Of a stretch of DNA of 64,000 nt, positions 1-14,050 are shown piece after piece. A program made the translations under genes and the position numbers. Origin of the DNA: Octopus sinensis (taxonomy: Eukaryota); the NCBI RefSeq assembly GCF_006345805.1, contig NC_043005.1:80662001-80726000 (forward strand). Direction: 5' to 3'. The stretch's first letter is position 1; every line of letters begins with the position of its first letter. The notes under the pieces are model-generated. The model ran no database searches and was not told the origin of the DNA. It saw nothing but the letters and a program-made list of their open reading frames with translations.

Positions 1-75
1 ATGGGGTGGGAGCGCGCAAGCATATTACATTCAATAAATATCAGAAAATGCAGCGACCGACCCACCGATCGATGA

Positions 76-139
76 TACCTGGTTGATCCTGCCAGTAGTC
101 ATATGCTTGTCTGAAAGCTTAAGGAATGCAAGTGTAAAT
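76..139 (+). rRNA. Orphan 18S rRNA 5'-end fragment (non-functional)
   Basis: TACCTGGTTGATCCTGCCAGTAGTCATATGCTTGTCT (76-112) is the canonical eukaryotic 18S 5' terminus. The next 27 nt are a decayed CAAAGATTAAGCCATGCATGTCTAAGT, then a SINE follows. Confidence 0.85.
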
Positions 140-147
140 TTAATTGT

Positions 148-365
148 AAGGCGGCGAGCTGGCAGACACGTTAGCACGCCCGGGCGAAATGCTTAGCAAT
201 ATTTCCTCAGTCTTTACGTTCTGAGTTCAAATTCTGTCGACGTCGACTTTGCCATTTATCCTTTCGGGGTCAATAAATTAAGTACCAGTTGCGTACTGGG
301 GTCGATCTAATCGACTGCCCCCACTCCCTAAAATTTCGGACCTTGTGCCTAGAGTAGAAAAGAAT
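148..365 (+). mobile_element. tRNA-derived SINE family 1 (central domain resembling the Meta domain)
   Basis: GGCGGCGAGCTGGCAG head, GAGTTCAAATTC B-box, CTTT(C)ATCCTTTCGGGGTCGATAAATTAAGTACCAG core; recurs >20 times in the window. Confidence 0.85.
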
Positions 366-469
366 AAATATTAGAAAATCCCTGTTCGTAAACTTTTAGA
401 AATTCTGTTGTCTTTTGTGGTTGATATAATCGGTTTAATCTACTCTCTAATTTTGGGTTTTCTGTTTTT

Positions 470-905
470 TATCTCTTACTTGTGTGAATCATTAGACTGC
501 GGCCATTCTGTCGCACCGCCTTTAAAGTGTTTAGCCGAATAAATCGACCTCAGGACTTATTTTGCCAGCCTGGTACTTCTTCTATTGTTTCTTATTGCCG
601 AACCGTGAATTTACGAGGACATAAACACACGAACCCCGGTTCAAGTAGTAGAAGGAGACATACGCAAATACGCACACACACACAGACACACACACACACA
701 CACACACACAAATGCACACGCACACATATGTATCTATATGTACAACAGACTTCCTTCAGTTTCCATCTACGAAATCCACTGACAAGGCTTTGGTCGGATT
801 GTGGCTATAGTAGATATTTTTTCCAACGTGTCACATAGTGAGACTGAACTCGGAACCATATGGTTAAGAATCGAGCATCTTACTCCATAGCCACGGCTGC
901 GTCTA
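470..905 (-). mobile_element. tRNA-derived SINE family 2 (internal (CA)/(TA) microsatellite)
   Basis: Reverse complement of the copy at 4362-4812. Confidence 0.8.
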
Positions 906-1643
906 TGAGCGAAAGCTGTATTTTTAGTGAAAGTATAAAAATATATCTGAGAAGACACGTATCAGCCTTTCAAAACCATTCAAAGCTGTTAAGTTAAGCA
1001 TTTATTATACGGTGTAACACGATTTATGTTCTTTGTTAGAAACAGTTATTTCCAATTAACTTTCCCCAAGAAAGTATGAAAAAGGTCTCGCATTTCCTTC
1101 AAACAATGTTTTTGTAAGATTTATTCAAAACCTTATAATCTCCTTTAACGCATGACTACGATGCTCCGCTATTATTCCTGCTCATGATCAGAGATGTACA
1201 GCTTGAGTGCAACAAAGGGACATGCTTCAGTGGATAAGATCAAGCAACTCACAACGCAGTCTGTGGTTTTGAGCAGAATATTTGCTATAACAATATATCT
1301 GCTTCAGCGACTCAGTGCTGAAACTGTCTGAAAAGTAATGGTAAATGGGTGAGTTTCAAAAACAAAGTTTGAAGGGAATAGTAGTCATCTGTTTTTGTTT
1401 CTAGACAGAAGCAAATATAATATAACACTTACTAACCAAAGACAAACAAAATTGAAAAATGTAATTTTGTAATACAGTGTTATTGGAATTGTGTCAGTGA
1501 CCAGGTTGCAGTTAGTGCGACGAAAATTTTGATACTTAATAATGGTTTAAATGAATTTAATAGATTTTGTGTGTTGATGATTGAATAAAGGCACATCGTA
1601 TTTAATTTCTAATTCAATATTAGTAAATATTTAATATAATTAC

Positions 1644-1758
1644 CTCTTTGGGGTTCGAAATCAAACAAACACTGATTAATTGAGATATTAGGAAGATACC
1701 ACCCAGCATTAAGAAACACTTCGGAACTCGTGCAAGAAGGTCTTTCTGGTTAAAATAG
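1644..1758 (-). CDS. Gene A exon 5 (copy b, tandem duplicate)
   Basis: Same exon and splice sites, 1196 bp away, inside the tandem duplication. Confidence 0.7.
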
Positions 1759-3072
1759 CTGGAAAACAAAATAAAACAAACTTGTAATCACGGCTGGATT
1801 GAGACCCATATAAGCCCTAACCACTTAAAAAGACTTTGGTACACAAATATATACATGTATACACACACACACACAGACACACACACACACACCACACACA
1901 CACACAAATGCACACGCACACATATGTATCTATATGTACAACAGACTTCCTTCAGTTTCCATCTACGAAATCCACTGACAAGGCTTTGGTCGGATTGTGG
2001 CTATAGTAGATATTTTTTCCAACGTGTCACATAGTGAGACTGAACTCGGAACCATATGGTTAAGAATCGAGCATCTTACTCCATAGCCACGGCTGCGTCT
2101 ATGAGCGAAAGCTGTATTTTTAGTGAAAGTATAAAAGTATATCTGAGAAGACACGTATCAGCCTTTCAAAACCATTCAAAGCTGTTAAGTTAAGCATTTA
2201 TTATACGGTGTAACACGATTTATGTTCTTTGTTAGAAACAGTTATTTCCAATTAACTTTCCCCAAGAAAGTATGAAAAATGTCTCGCATTTCCTTCAAAC
2301 AATGTTTTTGTAAGATTTATTCAAAACCTTATAATCTCCTTTAACACATGACTACGATGCTCCGCTATTATTCCTGCTCATGATCAGAGATGTACAGCTT
2401 GAGTGCAACAAAGGGACATGCTTCAGTGGATAAGATCAAGCAACTCACAACGCAGTCTGTGGTTTTGAGCAGAATATTTGCTATAACGATATATCTGCTT
2501 CAGCGACTCAGTGCTGAAACTGTCTGAAAAGTAATGGTAAATGGGTGAGTTTCAAAAACAAAGTTTGAAGGGAATAGTAGTCATCTGTTTTTGTTTCTAG
2601 ACAGAAGCAAATATAATATAACACTTACTAACCAAAGACAAACAAAATTGAAAAATGTAATTTTGTAATACAGTGTTATTGGAATTGTGTCAGTGACCAG
2701 GTTGCAGTTAGTGCGACGAAAATTTTGATACTTAATAATGGTTTAAATGAATTTAATAGATTTTGTGTGTTGATGATTGAATAAAGGCACATCGTATTTA
2801 ATTTCTAATTCAATATTAGTAAATATTTAATATAATTACCTCTTTGGGGTTCGAAATCAAACAAACACTGATTAATTGAGATATTAGGAAGATACCACCC
2901 AGCATTAAGAAACACTTCGGAACTCGTGCAAGAAGGTCTTTCTGGTTAAAATAGCTGGAAAACAAAATAAAACAAACTTGTAATCACGGCTGGATTGAGA
3001 CCCATATAAGCCCTAACCACTTAAAAAGACTTTGGTACACAAATATATACATGTATACACACACACACACAG

Positions 3073-3105
<33 letters not shown>

Positions 3106-4524
3106 AAGGAATACAAAAAAATGGGACAAGAGCTCAAAACATCCAGACAGATAATACAAAAGAGGGACAAGAAAAAACACGGATGGGCCATTCGAAGATT
3201 TCTTTCCTCAGTCGAGTTCCAGATTATCGCTGCAATTTCGGCTGGTTATACTCGAGAGTGCTCCAATCTGGTCTGCCCCAAGGAAAAACTAATCTAAGAG
3301 CACTAGATTCCTTGGAAGAAAGCAGCGAATGTATACGAAAACAGAGGTCGAAAAATAAAACGGAGAAATGGTACACAAATAGTTCCATATTTAAGAGATG
3401 AGGAATTATGTAAATTACATTTACATTATTTGCATTCGACGGATATTTGTCCTCATCTTTTTGTTGTTAACACAACGTTTCGGCTGATATACCCTCCAAG
3501 CCTTCTTCAGGTGTCTTGGGGAATTTCTAACATGGGTTCTCATTCCTAAGGTATTTTTCGATGTTGCTGTTGTTCTTACTATTGTTGTTATTATTAATTA
3601 TTATTATTCAGGTCACTGCTTGGAATCGAACTCATAATCTTGGGGTTATAGCCTGCGCTCTTAACCGTGGGCAATTTATGGAGTGAATTTTTGGGCTTAT
3701 AAATCTAATATTTTTCTATTCTTCTTTAATACCGGTTCCCATATGCTATTCATATCTGCACTCGGTCTGCTTAGGAGGTTGTTGTTTCCTAGCATATGTT
3801 CTGCTTCTTTTGGTTTTCGTATTTTCCAGTGGTATTCTCTGTCTATTATTTTAACTTCATCCCACAGGGAGAGGTGGTCTCCATTTTTCCATACATGATC
3901 AGCTATACCCGTTTATCAATATCTCCTCGCGTCACAGCTTTGCGATGTTCGTTAACCATTATTTTGAGAGGATGGCATGTTTCGCATTTGTATAATTTAC
4001 CACAGCTGCACGGGATGTAGTATACGGTCTTTGTTCATATTCTCTTTGTTGTGTGTATCACAATCGCTTATATTCTTTGTGGTTGTTTTTAATATCCATA
4101 CTGTCAGCTAGTTAAATTGCTTACGAATGTAAGTGTGGAAAAAATAGCGCTACATTTGATGTGACGCTATCACAAATTCTCTTGAGCCAACGGAAGTTTT
4201 TATATTTGGACATTCAAACCCGCGTAAAATAGGAACGATTAAGGTAATCACAGTGGATTTGAACTCAGAATATAAAGTGACGTAATAAATAATTGCTCTA
4301 GCAATTCTGTTTGTTTGTATCCTTATCTTTGGGTCTTAATAAAGTTTTCTGATTTACATACAGGCGTAGGAGTGGCTGTGTGGTAAGTAGCTTGTTTACG
4401 AACCACATGGTTCCGGGTTCAGTTCCACTGCGTGGAACCTTGGGCAAGTGTCTTCTACTATAGCCTCGGGCCGACCAAAGCCTTGTGAGTGGATTTGGTA
4501 GACGGAACCTGAAAGAAGCCCGTC

Positions 4525-4562
<38 letters not shown>

Positions 4563-6347
4563 TATATATATGTAGATTTATGTATGCATGTGCGTGTATG
4601 TGTTTGTGTGCTTGTGTTTGTCCCCTCAGCATCGCTTGACAACCGATGCTGGTGTTTTTACGTCCCTGTAACTTAGCGGTTCGGCAAAAAGAGACCGATA
4701 GAATAAGTTCTAGGCTTACAAAGAATAAGTCCTGGGGTCGATTTGCTCGACTAAAAGGTGGTGCTCCAGCATGGCCACAGTCAAATGACTGAAACAAGAA
4801 AAAGAGTAATACAAGACTAGTAATTTTGAGAGGTACCTTTGATCTCGCACTTAATTGATACTTAACTTTATTGTAACAAAATATACGAAAGGTAAAGTTG
4901 TTCTCGGAGGGATTTGAACACCGAACGTAGAGATTCGACACACCGGTCTTAACAATGGTAATAATTTCTGGCATTCGATCGAATTTGCTTGGAATTACTC
5001 TACTCCACGTCCCAGTCCTGATACAAGATATCGGTCGGGAGTTTCGGGAGATCATTATGTTGTGTATGTAGTTAACTCATCGATATAGGATTTTTTTTGT
5101 TTTTTATTGTTTGCTGGGCGGCCAAGTCGTCTCTATATTTATGTGGGAGTGCCTATCGGAATGTATCACTAACAGCTTATCTCTACCATTATCCTGCACA
5201 ACGCAGATTCTGATAACATTAATTATCAGAACGTCAAGTCACTAACGAGTGCTACTAGCAACATGTAACCGCGTACAACCTGTTGCATGACCGGGTCAAC
5301 GGTGACTAAACCGGAATATCTTTCAAGCTTGTTTGGTAAACAAGGGTGATTTATTGGACACCTTGCGGGACGAAAAGCAAAGCCTGTCAACGGACGGAGG
5401 CACTGAAAAGAGTCAACTGCCATCCAATAATGTGTGGAGGCGCGTGACGTCGTCAATCATGAGGACATGGTTTCTATTCCCAGAGCGGCTGTGCGCCGTG
5501 TTCTTGAAACAAACTCATTATTTTATGTTACCCTACTCCGCTCAAATCTAATTGGGTACCCTTGTGGTGGATTGCTGTACGGGGGTGAGTTGGTGACTCA
5601 GTTAAATCACCCGAATGTTAGTCTCACTAGGCATATTTTGTATTCAGTGATTGAAAGGATAAATAGTACATGTACTGTGAATCCTGACTGATTGAGACTG
5701 GTTGTTCAACCACACCGAAGGACATCACAAACACTAATGGTGGCAAAGAGACTAAAATACTTTCTGTTTTTCAGGAACAGATATTTGTTTCCTTTTATTA
5801 AAAGAGATTCACAACAACTCATAACGCCATTTAATATTACCTTTAAAAGGGATTTGAACAAAATAAAGAGACACCTAAAAACGATTATGCTATTTTTTAA
5901 AAACGTTCTAATGATTCTGCTAAACTATCAAACAGACAAATTACATTGGTTTCAAAGGCCAGCAATTTTGGAGGAAGGGAGCAAATCGGTTATATCGATC
6001 CTAGTGTTCAACTAGCACTTATTCTATCGACGCCGAATGGATGAAATGTAAAGTCGACCTCTGCGGAATTTGAACTCAAAACGTAATGACAGACGACATG
6101 CCGCTAAGCATTCTGCCCGGTGTGCAAACGGTTCAGCCGGTTCACTTCTTTATACAGACTTAATGAATTAAGATCAATGATATTTACTTACGCTTCTCCA
6201 TCGATAAATTCATTTTCTTGATAATTTTCTGGATTGATGAATTTAGTGCTCACAAAATTAAAAATGAAAGCAGACATCCCGTGAGCAAACAGGACAAATC
6301 CTGCAGCTGAAGCTTTTCGATGTGGTAGCCACTGAAATACCATGGAA

Positions 6348-6437
<90 letters not shown>

Positions 6438-6446
6438 TATCGTCGT

Positions 6447-6489
<43 letters not shown>

Positions 6490-7806
6490 ATTGTCGTCAT
6501 CGTCGTCATCGTCGTCATCGTCATCATCATCATCATCACATCATCATCATCATCATCATCATCATCATTAGGGTCAAAAAGGCAGGATCGTTATTATATC
6601 GATTTAAATGCATATGGATGTATGTATGTACAGGGCCGAATGTATAGAGGAGTGGAGGGGGCAATTGCCCCGAGCCCTTGATATTGGTGGGTCCGTGCTA
6701 CGAACGGTATGTTGCACTCATTACAGTAAGCCTTCTGCCCACGCACACACACATGCACGCACACACACATTTCTACTTCTAAACTTATTTCAGTGAGGCA
6801 TTGAAAGCTGGTCTTATTTAATGAAGCAAATAAATGAAGAACACTTTTGAATTTAGTTTTAATTACAAAATTACATCTCTCAGCTGCTTAAAGCAATCTT
6901 TTTCGGCTTTAGAATTATTGTTTCATTAAATTGAACCTTTTTCTTGCTTATTGTTTCCTATATTTTTCGTTATTGTGACCAACATTTGGAATTACTACAT
7001 GAAAGTGGGGCAATATTGGTAAGTGGGTCAAAATGAATAATTTCTGATTTCTTGTTATTTTCTCTCATTTTGTACCATTGCATCATCTTTGGGAGTAAAA
7101 TTTGCTCGGTATAGGTTACGTAGCTGGGAGTAAAAAATTGGTCAGTATAGTTTGCGTCAGGGAATCTCAACCAAGGTCTATATGGAATCTGGGGTCCATA
7201 TAAAATTTCTGGAGGTCCACAGATGAAATGCAGTAAATTAGGGGAGGAGGGTCCACAATAATTTTTTAGGGGCCATGGAAAATTGTTCTTTAGACCAGTA
7301 GTTTACAATGTGGGTCTTCTATAATGGCGCACAGAGACTAAGAAACTTGTTAAAGAGACACCCTCAAATGTGTCGCTAGAAATCACGTCTTTATTTATTT
7401 ATTTATTTATTTACTTTTTCTAAACAACAATAAAGAAAAATAATATATAAAAAGAACAAAAGATATATCTATGAAGCTAATCATAAAATTCCCTAGGAAA
7501 TTTCCTAGAAAGATGAAAAATAATACTGAGAGAAAACAACGGCAGAAAGATTATAAGAATACATACACACATACACACTTGGTTTTAGTATCAAAGAACG
7601 GTCATAGATGGTCAGTGGTACCAAAAGTAATCACAGTATATGCATGTATGTATGTATGTATGTATGTATGTATGTTTGTATGTATATATGTATGTATGCA
7701 TGTTTGTATGTATTATGCATGCATGTATGTATGTATGTATGTATGCATGTTTGTATGTATCATGCATGTATATATGTATGTATGAATTATGCATGTATTA
7801 TGCATG

Positions 7807-7837
<31 letters not shown>

Positions 7838-7995
7838 ATATGTATGCATGTTTGTATGTATGTATGTATGCATGTATGTATGTATGCATGTTTGTATGTA
7901 TTATGCATGTATATATGTATGTATGCATGTATGTATGTATTATGCATGTATATATGTATGTATGTATGTATGCATGTATGTATGTATTATGCATG

Positions 7996-8029
<34 letters not shown>

Positions 8030-8387
8030 TGTATGTATGTATTATGCATGTATATATGTATGTATGTATGTATTATGCATGTATATATGCATGTATGTAT
8101 GTATGTATGTATGCATGTTTGTATGTATATATGTATGTATGCATGTTTGTATGTATTATGCATGTATATATGTATGTATGAATTATGCATGTTTGTATGT
8201 ATTATGCATGTATATATGTATGTATGTATGTATGTATTATGCATGTATATATGTATGTATGTATGTATGTATATATGTATGCATGTTTGTATGTATGTAT
8301 GTATGCATGTATGTATGTATGCATGTTTGTATGTATTATGCATGTATATATGTATGTATGTATGCATGTTTGTATGTATTATGCATG

Positions 8388-8421
<34 letters not shown>

Positions 8422-9330
8422 TGTATGTATGTATGTATATATGTATGCATATTTGTATGTATTATGCATGTATGTATGTATGTATTCAGTGTATGTAAGT
8501 ATGTATGTATGTGGGCAAATCAAAAATACAAACAAAAACCACAAAGGTCTAAAGGCTGATGCGCAGTGAATGTGGCAATCAATCGGAATATGTCTCAGAC
8601 TTGTCATCAGGCTTGTCATTCGTTCGTTAGATTCTGAGAATTTTTTTTATTTATTTACTTTTTGTTTCATGACGTGTCGAAGTGGAAGGAGAGTGGCGCG
8701 TCTATAAGTTACAAATGTGCAATGGTTGTATGTACGTGTATATGAAAAACAATGGTTGTCCATGTGCGCGTGTGTGTAATGATTGTATGTGCGTCTATAT
8801 GAAAGATAATGGGTGTACGCGTGTGTAGGTGTGCGAGTGTGTGCACGAGCTTGTTCTATTTTATCTATTTGCATTAACTCATACACAAAGACACACCTAC
8901 ACCTATTATCTTTCACATAGACGCAAATGCAACCAACACACACACACATTATTATTCATATACACCTACATACAACCATTGCACATTTGTATCTTATAGA
9001 CGCGCCGCTCTTCTTCCACTTCGACACGTCATGAAACCAAAAGTAAATAAATAAAAAAATTTCCCAGAAACTAACGAACGAATGACAAGCCTGATGACAA
9101 GTCTGAGACCTATTCCGATTGATTGCCCTCAATGCATTTTTGACACTCAGTTTAAGATGGAAAACACACACATACTCTCTCACACACACATGCACACACA
9201 CACACACACTTGGTATGTGTCTCAAAGAACTCGGTTCACTGGTCCCCAGACAATATTTGTTGAAGACCATAGTACTGCAAACATACTTATATATACACGA
9301 GCGTGTGTCTGTGTGCATGTATATATATAT

Positions 9331-9379
<49 letters not shown>

Positions 9380-12300
9380 TATATAATTAGGGCTTAGTAA
9401 AATAAATTACTTTGCCACATACTGAACTTTCTAGAAATAGCAGCCCAAAAGTTTTTTAGCCATTTCCACTACTTTAAGAAAATTTCTCTCAGATAATGTT
9501 TACTCAAAAATAACTCACGAAGATATGGAGGTAAAAACAATAAAATATCACAAGTACAAAGATCATTTGAGAACGTCAACGTTTCTAGATTAGCCAAATA
9601 AAACTCAGCATTTCGTTCGTCAGCTCAACATTTCTTAATTTTGGATTTGAAAGCACTAAAAGAATGAACATACCCCTCAAACGAACACGCTCAGACTGCC
9701 AGTACTAGCAAATTCAAAATGTACGAGCGAAGATTCATGTTCTCTCCCCTTCCACCCACGTGAGCTATCTAGTAAACATATATTTTAACGGTGAGAACCG
9801 AAGCAATAGAATAGAGAGAAAGGAATTATAATATCAACAATTGAGGGTAAAATTAATTAGTTATTAATCAATTTCACCAAAGTAGTGTTCAGTATGTAAA
9901 AGGACCATTTAAGGCGAATTCAAAATATTACATTATATAATTAGGGCTTAGTAAAATAAATTACTTTGCCACATACTGAACTTTCTAGAAATAGCAGCCC
10001 AAAAGTTTTTTAGCCATTTCCACTACTTTAAGAAAATTTCTCTCAGATAATGTTTACTCAAAAATAACTCACGAAGATATGGAGGTAAAAACAATAAAAT
10101 ATCACAAGTACAAAGATCATTTGAGAACGTCAACGTTTCTAGATTAGCCAAATAAAACTCAGCATTTCGTTCGTCAGCTCAACATTTCTTAATTTTGGAT
10201 TTGAAAGCACTAAAAGAATGAACATACCCCTCAAACGAATACGCTCAGACTGCCAGTACTAGCAAATTCAAAATGTACGAGCGAAGATTCATGTTCTCTC
10301 CCCTTCCACCCACGTGAGCTATCTAGTAAACATATATTTTAACGGTGAGAACCGAAGCAATAGAATAGAGAGAAAGGAATTATAATATCAACAATTGAGG
10401 GTAAAATTAATTAGTTATTAATCAATTTCACCAAAGTAGTGTTCAGTATGTAAAAGGACCATTTAAGGCGAATTCAAAATATTACATTATATAATTAGGG
10501 CTTAGTAAAATAAATTACTTTGCCACATACTGAACTTTCTAGAAATAGCAGCCAAAAAGTTTTTTAACCATTTCCACTACTTTAAGAAAATTTCTCTCAG
10601 ATAATGTTTACTCAAAAATAACTCACGAAGATATGGAGGTAAAAACAATAAAATATCACAAGTACAAAGATCATTTGAGATATATATATATATATATATA
10701 TGCATGTATGTATATTTACAGACATAAATGTGTGTGTGTGTGTGTTTATGTAAATTTATCTGTTTGTCTGTCTGTCTAGCTAAATATGCACACACACATA
10801 CACACAGATACACGTCTTCAAGCTTCCGGGCAATATACCAATGCATAGTCTTTTTTTTTTGCATGCCGAGTGCTTTTGATCAAGGTCTTCTCTGAGGTAA
10901 GAGAGCTCAGCTGTTTTGTGGCTGTATAGGAGATCATCACGAAGAGAGTGATTCTTGAGGAGCCCACTGCTAACTCGTATAATGTCGCTCACTTCACCTT
11001 CAGCACTGCATTTATATATTTATTTCTGCTGCTATTGTTTAGTAGGTTCTGCCTGAGTGATGCCATACGGCATTCGAAGGCCGTCCACACCCTACCACCT
11101 TCATTTTTCTCTTAGGTAAACCCTATCAACAACACTGTTTCTATATAGTTCCCAGTTGTTGTCAGGATTTTTCGGGTTTTGATATCTATGGAGTAGATTT
11201 CGTCCACAGACCAATCAAGTATCCAAAATGTTGGGATCAGCACTGGTACTGCAAATGCATTGAAGGTTATTGTTTAGTTGTAAGAGGAGAGTTCTGACAG
11301 CCATATCTTTCTAAGCCTGGTGTAATATTCTCAGGTCACTATATCTTTATTCACAGTAACTTCATATGATACGTTTTCGTCTATGCCTAGGTACTTGTAA
11401 CATTCTTAGTGTGGAAGGGGGTGAGATAGAGAGACTGTTGCTGCACAGGTTTTGGGTTTGAATGTACACTGTATTTTATGAGTAATACATAGTCTTTGGA
11501 CTAAATTTTCACACGCTAGGCCACTGGAAGTGAAAATTTGAATTTTTCTCCTTTTCTTCTCTCTTTTTCTTCCCCTCCCCCGACGAAGGATTAAATCCGA
11601 AACGTTGGATATTCCTCTCCTCATGGCAAGTTCACTGTACCCCTTTCACTTTTTTTCATATAAATGTATGTATGCGTGTGTGTTTTTGAATGTATATATT
11701 GTAAGCGTATATATTGTAAGTAAAGGCCTACGTGAAAGAAATAAGAAAACACATTCTTTTGACTATTTGACAGATATCATTGATCGATTTCATTGACCTA
11801 AGTGCTCAACTGGTACTTATATTATCGATCCTGAAAGCATGAAAGGCAAAGTCTACCTCAGTGGAATTTGAACACTGAACATAACGGCAGACGAAATGCT
11901 GGTAAATATTTTGCCCGGTGTGCTAACGATTCTGCCACATCACCACCCTCCACAGACAAAATATATTGGTTTTAAAAAATATTAGCACAAGGCCAACAAT
12001 TTCGGAGGAAGGGTTAAGCCGATTACATCGTATTCAGTGCTCAGTGGACCTCGGCGGAACTTGAACTCAGAATGTAAGGACAGAGGAAATGCTGCTAAGC
12101 AACTTGACCGGCGTGCTAACGATTCTGCCAGTTCGCCATCTTACTTTGAGAAATGATATTGGCATAAGAAACATATATGGAGTAAAAGAAATATGGCATT
12201 TGAAATGTCACAACCCAATGGTTGTGACATTTCAAATGCCCCATTGTTTGGAATGGAATGGCAGGAGGAAGAGAGTGAGAAGAAGAATGAGGAGAAGAAA

Positions 12301-13444
12301 GTGGTAATGATCATGTTAATTATAATGAGAGTGAGAAGTAAGAGATGATGATGGTGGTGTTGGTGATGATGATGATGATGATGATGAGGAGGAGGAGGAG
12401 GAGGAGGAGGAGAAGAAGGAAGGGAATAATAACAGAAAACAACAGGAATACAAGAAATGTTTTCTAAAAAATAATCATTATTTAGTGCTGCTCACCTTCA
12501 TGGCACAAGACACTGTCACAACATAAGGAATGGCACATCCGGCGCCAGTGCAAAATCCTTCAGTTATTACAAACACGTAGTATTTACTTCGGATTGTGAA
12601 ATATGACACTAAGGTAGAAGCGCTACAATATAATATAACACAATATAATATAATGTAATACAATATAATATAATATATGACAATATATGATATAATATGA
12701 TATGATATAATATTATATTATATAACGTAATATGATATAATAAATGAGATAATATAATATTAGATGATATAATGTAATAATCTTAAGTCACACAATATAC
12801 AATATACACTAGCTTGGTCCATAATAATAGAAGCTCCTGCTTGCGATACAAACATTTATAAATGCAAATTATGCATAAAAGAAGCACTACTTATTTTCCG
12901 CTTCCACAATGCCTCAATGATAAGTAAATCTTCTGACGCCATCTGCTCTTGTAAGCATAAATTTTACTCAACTTTTATGCATTTTAATGATTCTAGATAG
13001 ACTTGTGAGCCAGCTTCCACACCCAGTGAAACTTATTCTAACCATACTCCACTCGTCTTACTTTCTACATATAGAACCATCGGTAGCCTTACATTACCAC
13101 GCATTGTTTCTCCTCTTTCCACTACTCTTTCTTAAACACTTCTTCTTATCTTCATGCATATAGCTCTCTATAAGATCACTCACTAGTTAACTCCCACAAT
13201 GAAAACACCGTATATGTGAATCCTTTACTTTTCCCTGATGAAAGAGGCGGTGTCCAATAATGGATATAAATATCCTTTATTTGAGTGGACAACTAGACCC
13301 CCAGAAACGGCCGTTGGATTACTAATACTCAAACCTTTTATGTCTTTTTCTTTTCTGGACTCTAACATTCTATCAAGTTCTATCGTACCGTTTTTATTCT
13401 TTAAGTCGATCTATCTATGTATTTATATTTCCAAAATATTTTTA

Positions 13445-13501
<57 letters not shown>

Positions 13502-13995
13502 TATATGGGTTGATATACTTTTAATGTATTGATAAATCTATATATTTATACTATGTTTATAAATCTATATATTTTTAATATATTTGATGTATTAAATGTT
13601 TTAAAAAATTATACATATTGGGTCTATGGTTGGGTCTATTTATTATCATATGTGAATTGATTTGCTTAACTAGATTCTCATTTCTTTATTCATCTAACGC
13701 CTCAATTTCGAGCATCTTCATCACTTCAAAGTGCAGCCTATTCTTGTATTCTTTTACTTGTTTCATTCATTTGACTGCGGCCATGCTGGAGTACCATCTT
13801 ACATTGAGCAAATTGACCCCAGGACTTATTCCTTGTAAGTCTAGTACTTATATTATCGGTTCTCTTTTTGCCGAACTGCTAAGTTACGGAGACATAAACA
13901 CACTAGCATCGGTTGTCAAGCGATGGTGGCGGGACAAACACGGACACACAAGCATACACACACACCACACACACACACACCACACACACACACAC

Positions 13996-14050
<55 letters not shown>

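Larger units (their letters stand above)
680..3092. repeat. Tandem duplication, period 1196 bp, ~99% identical, (CA)n-bounded, contains exon 5
   Basis: AAATG anchor at 710 and 1906; identical ORFs at 767 and 1963; only a handful of substitutions seen. Confidence 0.95.

Noticed and set aside
76-139. Functional rDNA unit
   Set aside because: Only ~64 nt of 18S, decaying and truncated by a SINE; no further rRNA sequence in the window.
4396-5055. 219-aa minus-strand ORF; similar ORFs at 13618-14316, 527-838 and 56311-56691
   Set aside because: Antisense read-through of SINE family 2; the same peptide motifs recur wherever the SINE occurs.
7608-8619. Long ORFs of 200-309 aa (MYVC/HTYI repeats)
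   Set aside because: Translation of the (TATG)n array, which has few stops. Not genes.
9381-10680. CRISPR-like or other prokaryotic array interpretation of the tandem repeats
   Set aside because: Units are contiguous and identical with no unique spacers, and the context is eukaryotic and intron-rich.
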